From Nitrospirota bacterium (GTDB lineage: Bacteria > Nitrospirota > UBA9217), in assembly GCA_963663225.1 (NCBI GenBank), contig OY760142.1:2880001-2944000 (forward strand): a DNA stretch of 64,000 bases, written 5' to 3'. The position numbers were made by a program, and so were the translations under genes. Below are positions 18,060 through 26,491 of the stretch, piece after piece. Within the stretch, counting starts at the first letter, position 1. The number at the start of each line of letters is the position of its first letter. The notes beneath the pieces are model-generated. The model worked only from the letters and a program-made list of their open reading frames with translations. It had not been told where the DNA came from and made no database searches.

Positions 18060-20321
18060 TCATTTCCGTTCCATCAATTTCTGACAGGATTTTTGAATGG
18101 CGGCATTGTCCAGACGCATTCCGATCTTGAGCAACTCTGTGATGCTCTCCTTCGGATAGCGTTCAAGCGAATCAAATAAGTGTTCTTTCATCCGCAAGAG
18201 GCTTTTGGGATACAGTGTCCACGCAGCACGCGCCAGTTTTTCCAAATCACGGACCGCGCAAGGATCTCCGATTTCTCCCAGCGCCCTGATGATTTCCTCG
18301 TTTTCCCGGTAGTCGGACTCAAAAAGAACCGCCCGTTTGATTTTCGAAAGAATATCTCTTGTAACTTCCCTGACACGGTATTGTCCTGCCAGGGAAATAG
18401 CCTGAAAGGCGATGTCAGGATCCGATGAATCAATGGTCTCTCCCAACGTTTTTATTGCTTCCGGGTCTTTTAATTTCAGAAGTGTATTCAGAGCTTCCAT
18501 GCGGAGAACGGGATTTTGGTGCTGCAGAAGCGGCCTGACATATGCAGTGGATGCTTGGTTGCCGGCTCTGCGCAAAAAGATGAGCAGGTTTCTGACAAAA
18601 TAAGAGCGGGAATCATTCAGTCGTTTGTGTGCTTCACGCACGGCAGGTTCACCGAAAATGCAGAGGAGATTAAATACAATCCGCTTTCCTCCAACGGAGT
18701 CATCCCTGCTGTAAATATCCATGAGTCCGGGTACCGTTTCCGAACCAAGCGCTTGAATAAAGCCGGCGGCCTCCTGTCCTTTATCCTTTATCCAGATTTC
18801 GAATGCGTCCAGTGCCTGTGCGCGGAAATCAGCCGTCAGAAAAAGCTTTCTGGCTTCTTCGGCGCTTGCACGGATCCCTTTTACCGGCTTCTCCATCGTG
18901 TGTTTCCTGAGCGTTTCAAAAATGTCCCAGAGAAGAAAAAAGTTGCCTGTTTTAAGGAATCCCGGAGCTATTGTCATGAGCTTCTGAGCAAGTTCCTTAT
19001 AATCTTCTTCATCAATATTTTCCGCCATGAAAGCAAGGAGTGCTCGTCCGATTTGAAAGTCAAGATAATCGTCTTCAAGCGTTTTCTTAAACTCTTCAAG
19101 AGAAAATTTTTCCTGGCTTCTTTCCGATCCTTCGGTCAGCCGCTTCAGCATGGCTTCATAATCTTCGCTTACGTAATTTTCGTACATCTCGCGGGCGAAC
19201 AGCGTTTCCATGTGTTCCGGCAGAATAGACGGCATTTCCCGGTTTTCCGGTGAGGGGGCAGGCCCCGACCGCTGGGGAGTCGCAAATGCTGCACCCTGAG
19301 CATGCGCTTTTGTCAGTTTCCCCAGGAGACCGGTCAGTGTTGGTGAGATTTCTTTCCCCTCCGCGCTTGCCTGACTCAGCATATCAATGACCATATCGTC
19401 CTGAAAACCTCCCAGCAAATCGTTCGCATCCACCGTTGAGGCGTGTGTAGAAATGCGCTGGAAAGCAACCGATAAAAATTGTTTCCTGAGTTCAGGATGG
19501 AGTTCGCGCAGTAATTTGTTCAAGTTTCCGAGCGTGGCCGATTGATCGCTGGTAAGCTGCTTTTTTTCCGCGCGTTCTCGGACATGATCAGAAATAATCC
19601 TGTCATAGCTTTGGATGGCAGCACCCGCATCGAGCTTTCGCTCATTCAACAGCCTGGCAAGTTCCGCAGGATCAAAGCGTTCTGCCTCCTTGAGGGAGAC
19701 GCCCTGATCCCCCGATCCGGCCAACGTGCCCGCGGAAAGATGCGTCACAAAGTCCTGCCACAGGCCAGCTCCTGTTTTATCCCCGATTGATTTCGACTGT
19801 GACCGCACAATTTCTTGCTCTTCTGTGGCATGAAAGTTGCCGTAATCTATGACATGAATTTTGATATGGACAATGGCCGAATCGTTCATTGCCTTGTTGA
19901 TTCCGCCTGACGCTCTTATGTCTTCGGGCTTCGTCGTAAGAATGCGGTGAAATTTGACCAGTTCATCTTTCTGCAAGCCGGAAAGAAAAGTAACTGCAGC
20001 AATCTCTTGCTGATTCATGGAAAGAGCAAAGTCACGATAGACCGGATTTTTTTGATCAAGATAGTCATGTCCGACAAGCAACGTGTCCTTTGCAACGCCC
20101 AGGGTCATTTCCGGACGGATTTCAAATAATTTTTGCAGAATTTCATAGGCACGATCGATGCTTTTTGTGATTTGCAGGTGTCCAGGCGGGTAAATTCCGA
20201 CATTTTTTCTGGAAATGTTCAACTCAATGACGGCCTCAGACAAAAGACGCGTATCGAGCGGGAGCTCGCGCGCTGCACGCTGCGGTTTTTCGGGGTTGCT
20301 TTTGTCCTGATTTTCTGTCAT
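18060..20321 (-). CDS. HEAT-repeat protein with N-terminal YPxxH domain
   Basis: C-terminal HEAT-like repeats (YFVRNL, LRMEALNTL, IIRALGEIG); N-terminus homologous to that of the adjacent HD-GYP protein. Confidence 0.75.
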   Translation of the reverse strand: MTENQDKSNPEKPQRAARELPLDTRLLSEAVIELNISRKNVGIYPPGHLQITKSIDRAYEILQKLFEIRPEMTLGVAKDTLLVGHDYLDQKNPVYRDFALSMNQQEIAAVTFLSGLQKDELVKFHRILTTKPEDIRASGGINKAMNDSAIVHIKIHVIDYGNFHATEEQEIVRSQSKSIGDKTGAGLWQDFVTHLSAGTLAGSGDQGVSLKEAERFDPAELARLLNERKLDAGAAIQSYDRIISDHVRERAEKKQLTSDQSATLGNLNKLLRELHPELRKQFLSVAFQRISTHASTVDANDLLGGFQDDMVIDMLSQASAEGKEISPTLTGLLGKLTKAHAQGAAFATPQRSGPAPSPENREMPSILPEHMETLFAREMYENYVSEDYEAMLKRLTEGSERSQEKFSLEEFKKTLEDDYLDFQIGRALLAFMAENIDEEDYKELAQKLMTIAPGFLKTGNFFLLWDIFETLRKHTMEKPVKGIRASAEEARKLFLTADFRAQALDAFEIWIKDKGQEAAGFIQALGSETVPGLMDIYSRDDSVGGKRIVFNLLCIFGEPAVREAHKRLNDSRSYFVRNLLIFLRRAGNQASTAYVRPLLQHQNPVLRMEALNTLLKLKDPEAIKTLGETIDSSDPDIAFQAISLAGQYRVREVTRDILSKIKRAVLFESDYRENEEIIRALGEIGDPCAVRDLEKLARAAWTLYPKSLLRMKEHLFDSLERYPKESITELLKIGMRLDNAAIQKSCQKLMERK

Positions 20322-20489
20322 TGCGTTGGCCGATCAATCGTACTGTGCATAATATTATAAAGGTTTCTATTGTTTTTTCCACAAAAAAAATTGTTTTTGT
20401 TTTATTCAAGTCATATTGACGAATCAATATTTTATCCGTTGCTGTTATTGATACAAAAAATGTTCATTTTAACAGACAAGTCTTTTTCC

Positions 20490-20518
20490 TTGACAACCTT
20501 ATTTCATGGTGATAAATT
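20490..20518 (+). promoter_or_regulatory. Sigma70-type promoter of tRNA-Ala
   Basis: TTGACA (20490-95), 17 bp spacer, TGnTAAATT (-10 at 20513-18). Confidence 0.65.
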
Positions 20519-20543
20519 TATCACTCACATACAAGATAATTTT

Positions 20544-20619
20544 GGGGCTGTAGCTCAGCTGGGAGAGCACAAGGCTGGCAGTCTTGGGGTCAGGGGTTCG
20601 ATCCCCCTCAGCTCCACCA
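20544..20619 (+). tRNA. tRNA-Ala(GGC)
   Basis: 76 nt cloverleaf GGGGCTG..CAGCTCC-A-CCA with G3:U70; anticodon loop CT-GGC-AG; T loop GTTCGATC. Confidence 0.97.
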
Positions 20620-20625
20620 AGAATT
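20574..20625 (+). repeat. attL core (52-bp direct repeat, tRNA 3' half)
   Basis: GCTGGCAGTCTTGGGGTCAGGGGTTCGATCCCCCTCAGCTCCACCAAGAATT, identical to 28928-28979. Confidence 0.95.
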
Positions 20626-20629
20626 CAAG

Positions 20630-20658
20630 GGGTTAGCTAATAATAGCTAGCCCTTTTT
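20630..20658 (+). terminator. Element-encoded terminator after the tRNA, overlapping the integrase 3' end
   Basis: GGGTTAGCTA-ATAA-TAGCTAGCCC followed by TTTTT. Confidence 0.6.
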
Positions 20659-21736
20659 CATTTGAGTGTGATAAATTTGTGATAATTTTATCGAGAACCT
20701 CTACCCCACTTCTCAAACTGTCAGGACAATGATGTGAATACCGCTGAGTCATCTTAATGTCCTTATGTCCGAGCAGCTTTGCAATCTTGTAAAGGTCTAC
20801 TCCTGCCTGCGCTAGCCTCGTGGCAAATGTGTGGCGAAGATCATGAAATCTGAAGTCTTCAATATTTGCGCGATCAGTCGCATTGTAAAACGCCCTCATG
20901 AGATTTCTTCGTAATATCTTTGTGTTAACCTCACTAGGAAAAACAAACTTATTTTTGTTGTAATTACGCTTTGTTTTCTCTTTGAGGAGCGTGAAGACTT
21001 TTTGATTCATGGGAATGGTTCTTTTCTCACCGTTCTTTGACTTTACAACGAGTACTGTCTTGCGGAAGAGGTCTACGTTTTGCCATTCAAGCGAAAGGAT
21101 TTCATCTTGACGCATCCCTGTATTCAGCGCAAAGAGAACTATCTCCTGCAACCAATACAAAGATTCAATTTGATTATCCTTGCGAGTAGGATGCAAAACG
21201 CAGCAACCGAGAAGCTTGCTTTCTTCCTCAAGGGTAAGCCATCTGTCCCGTTCATTCTTGACCCTGTCTCTTGAAACACGTTCAGCAGGGTTTTCTGTAC
21301 ACCACTGCCATTCCCGAATGGCAAGATTAAACGCATGGCGGAGAAGAGTACGCCGGTGGTTAATAGAAGCGGGAGAAAGTCCCTTTTCCCGGCATTGAGT
21401 TTTGTACGATGATATAAGACTTGGAGTAAAATCTTTCAGCAGCGTGCTGCCGAATATCCCCTTCATCTCCTTAATTATCACCGTATCGCCTCTGACCGTA
21501 CTTGCAGCTTTGTTAGGGATTGAATATTCGTTCAAGTACTTATCCAGCAAGTTTCCGATAGTCTTGTCCGAATGAGCAGCTCTTTCAAACCACTTCCCCT
21601 CTTGTATTTCGGTCATAACCTTATGAAAAATCTTCTCTGCCAGCCGCTTGTCTTTTGTTTCCGTGGGAACCCTATGTTGCTTACCCTTATAAGTAAAACT
21701 CATCCACCAGGCTTGGCCTCTTTTATACAGTCCCAT
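20633..21736 (-). CDS. int: Tyrosine recombinase / phage-type integrase
   Basis: TGMRQDEI, KSKNGE, FHDLRHTFATRL, LLGH, TQRY catalytic residues; N-terminal arm-binding-like domain; adjacent to attL. Confidence 0.95.
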   Translation of the reverse strand: MGLYKRGQAWWMSFTYKGKQHRVPTETKDKRLAEKIFHKVMTEIQEGKWFERAAHSDKTIGNLLDKYLNEYSIPNKAASTVRGDTVIIKEMKGIFGSTLLKDFTPSLISSYKTQCREKGLSPASINHRRTLLRHAFNLAIREWQWCTENPAERVSRDRVKNERDRWLTLEEESKLLGCCVLHPTRKDNQIESLYWLQEIVLFALNTGMRQDEILSLEWQNVDLFRKTVLVVKSKNGEKRTIPMNQKVFTLLKEKTKRNYNKNKFVFPSEVNTKILRRNLMRAFYNATDRANIEDFRFHDLRHTFATRLAQAGVDLYKIAKLLGHKDIKMTQRYSHHCPDSLRSGVEVLDKIITNLSHSNEKGLAIIS

Positions 21737-22050
21737 TAAACCTCCTTCCTGAGACCTTGCATTTGGCCTGGTTTCCCGTTGGATGAATTATACCCTGTCC
21801 CCTTAACGCTATCAATGGCCTTTTTAACAATACTACCTATATCCGAAATTGTGCCCTTATTCGGAATTACAGCCAGTTTATAGACAGTCTTACTTGAGGC
21901 CTTGACCCAATCTTCCAGTTCATCCATATCAAAACGAATTAACCCATTCAGCTTACGAAAAGGTATAGTTCCTTGATGAACCCACGAGTAAAGGGTTGAC
22001 ACCTTGACCATGAGAAACTCAGAAGCTATTTTGATAGTAACTAACCGCAT
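21736..22050 (-). CDS. Excisionase-like HTH_17 DNA-binding protein
   Basis: ASEFLMVKVSTLYSWVHQGTIPFRKLNGLIRFD pattern; 1-nt overlap with integrase start. Confidence 0.8.
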   Translation of the reverse strand: MRLVTIKIASEFLMVKVSTLYSWVHQGTIPFRKLNGLIRFDMDELEDWVKASSKTVYKLAVIPNKGTISDIGSIVKKAIDSVKGTGYNSSNGKPGQMQGLRKEV

Positions 22051-22242
22051 TTATTCATCCTCACTGTTTGCTGCTAGATCATCGCTGTTAAAATGCAGCT
22101 CGTTTCTTCTTATCATTTCTTCGTCATAGACATCGCCTAACTGACGCTTTAGGCCTTCATGCTTTTCACTAATTAGGCGCACAATTCGACATGAATGACA
22201 GTATTTTTGAGTACAGCTCGAACATGACTTTTGAAAACTCAT
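22051..22242 (-). CDS. Small Cys-rich hypothetical protein (possible Zn finger)
   Basis: 63 aa, CSSC-x4-CHSC; tightly packed in the element operon. Confidence 0.5.
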   Translation of the reverse strand: MSFQKSCSSCTQKYCHSCRIVRLISEKHEGLKRQLGDVYDEEMIRRNELHFNSDDLAANSEDE

Positions 22243-22244
22243 AT

Positions 22245-22481
22245 TTATTCCTGCTTATGATTTCGGATAGGTTGAACCCACCAGAAGATGCCTTTTTGAC
22301 GAACTTTTTTAACGAGCCATTCCCCATTATCTTCTGAACAGTCAGCCATGAAATCTTCAGCTATTTTTTCTTCGTTTATCAGTTTTCCATTAAAAAGCTC
22401 GCAAATGCTTTCTATGGTAACGTATTTGCTTACCGAATTGAAACCATAGAACAGATGACCTTGTTTTGTATTTTTCTTCAT
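22245..22481 (-). CDS. Hypothetical protein
   Basis: 78 aa ORF tightly packed between rep and the 63-aa ORF. Confidence 0.5.
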   Translation of the reverse strand: MKKNTKQGHLFYGFNSVSKYVTIESICELFNGKLINEEKIAEDFMADCSEDNGEWLVKKVRQKGIFWWVQPIRNHKQE

Positions 22482-22492
22482 GATATGCGCCT

Positions 22493-23635
22493 TTAAAATG
22501 GGACATCGTTATCAGGCATATTGAATCTTTTCTTTTTGACGTTTATTTTTTTGTCTACATAATCCATGCTGTCTTCAAAATCCTTCTTTGCCTTATCGTC
22601 ATTTAATACACAGGCATCAAGATATGTACCTGCATCACGGAGGAAACTTTTTGCAGCCTCAAGTAAGTTAGTGCTGTTGTAACCCTTGAGGGCAGCATAA
22701 GTAAGCAGATAACCAAGCCCGTTCAGATATAATCTTTTGATATCAGGAGACCGTGAGCGGCTTACTTCCCGCTTAATCCCTGAATATCCTTTATCGTTAA
22801 AAGTAACCTCTTGAATACAAACCCAGACTGATTCAGTTTCCCAGCGGGTTCTATTCTCTGTGCCGTTATTTACGCCAAAGCGTAACCATTCTTGAGTACA
22901 CATTTTCCAGAGATCATTGAGCTTCTCTAACACCTCTGTTACCGTAAAAACGCCTAATAAAGACAATAGGCCTTTCTTTAATGCGAATTCCAACCTTATG
23001 ACCCTTTGACCTTCTTGCCAGCCATTTGACCGCCATAACTCTTTAAAAAACTCTTTATTGCTTATTCCAAGCTCGACAGTCTTGTCATACAGGCGTGCGA
23101 GGATATCTCCGCTACGTCTTCCTATCGTCCAACCTGTGAAGTCGTTACCATCCCAGAATTGCTGAATGTTCTTTGCTTGTGTAATCCAAGACTCTCGCTT
23201 AATGCTGTCAAAATTAAACTCACTGACAAAATCAACGAAAATATCAATCCGGCTTACTTTTTCTTCATAATTGCCTACTAGCAATTCATCAACGACACAC
23301 CGAAGGCTTTTCATAGATTCTTCAACGCCGCGACAATTAAGCAATTCACTTCGTATCTGGACATACAAGGCTGGAAGCTTCTTACTTCCTGCTCCGGCTA
23401 TTGAGATTCGGAACCAGTTATCGTCAATGACATAGCTAAAAATGCCGCTTCCTTTTGCCCATACCTCGAAATGATGACCTGAAATATTTAAGACTGCTTG
23501 TGCTTGTTCTTCTAGATCGTCAGAACGAGCTAATTGCTTTCTGGATTCAAGGTAATCCAATACTCCTTCTTTCATCGACCCTCGATATGAGACATAAAGA
23601 CTATCTACCCCCCTGTGTACTACCTTAAACTCCAT
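22493..23635 (-). CDS. Rep_trans-family rolling-circle replication initiator / relaxase
   Basis: GVDSLYVSY, SRIDIFVDF, GWTIG, RLYDKT, RLEF motifs; ATG 23635 with AGGAG RBS. Confidence 0.8.
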   Translation of the reverse strand: MEFKVVHRGVDSLYVSYRGSMKEGVLDYLESRKQLARSDDLEEQAQAVLNISGHHFEVWAKGSGIFSYVIDDNWFRISIAGAGSKKLPALYVQIRSELLNCRGVEESMKSLRCVVDELLVGNYEEKVSRIDIFVDFVSEFNFDSIKRESWITQAKNIQQFWDGNDFTGWTIGRRSGDILARLYDKTVELGISNKEFFKELWRSNGWQEGQRVIRLEFALKKGLLSLLGVFTVTEVLEKLNDLWKMCTQEWLRFGVNNGTENRTRWETESVWVCIQEVTFNDKGYSGIKREVSRSRSPDIKRLYLNGLGYLLTYAALKGYNSTNLLEAAKSFLRDAGTYLDACVLNDDKAKKDFEDSMDYVDKKINVKKKRFNMPDNDVPF

Positions 23636-23705
23636 AACCCCTCCTATGATGTAATGCGACAGTGCTGTATATACTAAGTTCCGCACTGTCTTAAACTTGA
23701 ACCAT

Positions 23706-23751
23706 GCCACAGAGGCCCGCCAGCCTCCGGCTGTTGCGGTGCCTCTGTGGC
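23706..23751. other. GC-rich hairpin upstream of rep (candidate origin)
   Basis: GCCACAGAGGC-CCGC-CAGCC-TCC-GGCTG-TT-GCGG-T-GCCTCTGTGGC nested inverted repeat. Confidence 0.6.
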
Positions 23752-23860
23752 CATTGTCATGAAAATAAAAAAGGCCACAGCATTTAAGCTGTAGCCTGAT
23801 AATAACCTTCATGACGATAAGAGTCTAAGACACGAAATTTATTTTTTATGTCTTATTTTA

Positions 23861-24841
23861 TTAAGCCAACACTCCCTCTCTTTTTAATCTATCAACAAAC
23901 TTTCTAAAGGTAGATGGATCATCTTGCACCCTAACCCCAGATGATAGAAGTAGCTCCATAAGTTCTGGATTTGTGAGCCTACAAAGACCTAACTTCCAGA
24001 AATAAGCTAAAACGAGAAAAGATTGTGTGTGTTCCATGTCATGTTCAAGAGGAGGTTTTTTTATAGCATCCCCTAATTGTTTAAAAAAAATGTGTTCTCC
24101 TGTATATTGAGCTATCCTTATTTTTCTGCGTACCCATTTTGCATCTAGTAAAGTTTTATCAACCCGAACAGCCTTAAATAACGCTTCATCTTCACCTTTT
24201 TTTGCTTCCTCAACTAATGTTGCCATATGCTTCTTGTTGACTAACATCGAAATGGTATCATTAACGCTAGCCATAAAATTTTTACAAAATTTAAATTCGA
24301 TAGATTTTCTGAGTTTTACAGGTTTGTGAGACCTAGTAGTGCGTTCATTTCTTAAATCATGTATAGCAATGTGAAATAATAATGATTTCCAGTCACAATA
24401 CAGTTCCTTGATTTCTTCAATTAGCTGATCCTGAGGCATACCTTTAAAATATTTGTTAATATTTTCTGATTGAAATTTTGCAAATTTACTAGCGTAATAA
24501 CACTTACTTTCACCATTAGGTAGTGATTCAAGTGGTTCAAAAAGCTCTTTTTCAAAGCTAAAAGGTGAGTTGCGAGTAATTTTAGATAAATTTTTGATAC
24601 TGCCTGATTCAGAAAAGCTAGTTTTGATATTCTTACTTAATTCTGTAATATCTTCATACTCATTGCCCAAAGCAGGATAACCTCTCCGCGCAAAAACATC
24701 TAGTGTATGATCGAGAGGAACGAGATATCCCTCGTTAGCCGGCAGGCAACAGCTTGTAAGTATCTTTAGATACTCTTTAATGAGTTCGCTAAAGGCAGGA
24801 TCGATTTTAGAATTATAATTACTTTTGCTATTGTTATTCAT
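23861..24841 (-). CDS. Hypothetical protein (possible C-terminal HTH-like region)
   Basis: 326 aa open frame in the AT-rich island; no family recognised. Confidence 0.65.
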   Translation of the reverse strand: MNNNSKSNYNSKIDPAFSELIKEYLKILTSCCLPANEGYLVPLDHTLDVFARRGYPALGNEYEDITELSKNIKTSFSESGSIKNLSKITRNSPFSFEKELFEPLESLPNGESKCYYASKFAKFQSENINKYFKGMPQDQLIEEIKELYCDWKSLLFHIAIHDLRNERTTRSHKPVKLRKSIEFKFCKNFMASVNDTISMLVNKKHMATLVEEAKKGEDEALFKAVRVDKTLLDAKWVRRKIRIAQYTGEHIFFKQLGDAIKKPPLEHDMEHTQSFLVLAYFWKLGLCRLTNPELMELLLSSGVRVQDDPSTFRKFVDRLKREGVLA

Positions 24842-25058
24842 AAATCAAAGCTTATAAGAAATGGAGTTACTTGAAAATAAAAAAATATGCGATTAAACCG
24901 CTTGCAAAATTCGTTAATTTATAGTAATTTAATCACAGGGAGGCTTTTCTGTAGTTTCCCCTTCCCAAGCATACCTCCCGAGCACAAATTCCTTTTTAAT
25001 CTTTATCAGCTTAAGCAATGCCAAGTGTAAAAAAATAGCAACTCAGGAGTGTATAAAT

Positions 25059-25976
25059 ATGGCAGGTGCCTTTACGCATATGGCTATCGTTGATAAAACG
25101 ATTAAATCATTCCCTTCTGGAGAAAATTTTGGAAAGATATTACGCGAAAATAAGAATTTTTTAACGCTTGGCAGTGTGAGCCCTGACATTCCATACCTAG
25201 CCCAACTCGCCATGGAAGGTTCTTCATGGGCAGATATAATGCATTACTATAAAACAGATAGAATAACTAAAAACGCTATTCATTCTTTAATCGCAACCAA
25301 AACAAAAGGCAAAATTTGGAAATATCAATTAGCTTGGCTATTAGGTTTTATTGGTCATATTGTAGCAGATGCTACGATTCACCCTATTGTTGAAAATATT
25401 GTTGGCCCGTATACCGAAAAAGAGACGCATAATGATCATAGAGAGTGTGAAATGATTCAAGATGTGATGATCTTTAAAGAAGTCATGAATCTTGAGTTAA
25501 ATGCAGCTGAATATACAGATCTTTTAAAAGCGTGTATCAAACATCCTTCATTAGATAAAGTTAAATATTTTTGGTCTATACATGCTGAAACTAGCTATCC
25601 CACTATGGGTAAATTCCCTGCTGATAAAATAATCGAATCATATACAACAGAGTTAGATATCGCAGATGGAGGAAATCCACTTGTCAAAGCCTTCCGTCAT
25701 TTTAAGTCAGATTTTATTTACCGTACTTACAAAGACATCACGATAAATTCCCGAGAACTTGTTGATAAATATTACTCTAATGTTTTATTGCCAAATGGCT
25801 TAACGGGAACATTTCGAGAACACGGTTTTGAATATGCTGTTAAAAACCTTGTAGCAATTTGGTCAAAAATTGAGCGGTCACTTTTTTCCAAAGAAAACAT
25901 TATCAATATTATTCCTAATTGGAATCTTGACACAGGCATAGACCAAGCAACAGAAATTAGAACATATTGGAGCTAA
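25059..25976 (+). CDS. Zinc-dependent phospholipase C family protein
   Basis: N-terminal FTH, GSVSPD, ADIMHY, GHIVADATIHP, HRECE metal-ligand pattern; AGGAG RBS; no signal peptide. Confidence 0.8.
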   Translation: MAGAFTHMAIVDKTIKSFPSGENFGKILRENKNFLTLGSVSPDIPYLAQLAMEGSSWADIMHYYKTDRITKNAIHSLIATKTKGKIWKYQLAWLLGFIGHIVADATIHPIVENIVGPYTEKETHNDHRECEMIQDVMIFKEVMNLELNAAEYTDLLKACIKHPSLDKVKYFWSIHAETSYPTMGKFPADKIIESYTTELDIADGGNPLVKAFRHFKSDFIYRTYKDITINSRELVDKYYSNVLLPNGLTGTFREHGFEYAVKNLVAIWSKIERSLFSKENIINIIPNWNLDTGIDQATEIRTYWS

Positions 25977-25977
25977 T

Positions 25978-26379
25978 GTGAATATATATAAAAAAAATAT
26001 ATATATCTTTTTGATATGTTTCCTTACATGTTCTTGCAGTATCATACAGCTGAATCTCGATGAAAAATATCAACCTCTTGGAACAGCTGTTTTAACAGCG
26101 AACGATCTTCTTCTTGCAAAGTATCCGAAAGAACGGCCTCAATATGTCTCACAAGAGGAATACAAAAACCTTTTAAAAGAAAATTATCTACCATTATACG
26201 ACAGGTTATACGTTTACCCTGTAAAAATTAAAACAGTCAACAATAACTTTGTGGTCAGCATATATGATGGTGACAAACTAATTCTCACTGACTGGCTATG
26301 CACGGAGGGATATATAGATTGCTGGAGCTACAACAATGAATGTAATTTAAATACTATAAAAATCGAATGTGAAAAATAA
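25978..26379 (+). CDS. Putative lipoprotein
   Basis: Basic N-terminus, hydrophobic stretch and lipobox-like LTCSC; starts 1 nt after the PLC stop. Confidence 0.65.
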   Translation: MNIYKKNIYIFLICFLTCSCSIIQLNLDEKYQPLGTAVLTANDLLLAKYPKERPQYVSQEEYKNLLKENYLPLYDRLYVYPVKIKTVNNNFVVSIYDGDKLILTDWLCTEGYIDCWSYNNECNLNTIKIECEK

Positions 26380-26491
26380 CTTTTTTAAATTTAAGCACTA
26401 AAAAATGCACGCTAATATTAAAACAACATAAAACTTTATTGCTTAAACATTAGGGCAGTTTTACACAATAGTATTTGCAAATGATACGCTA

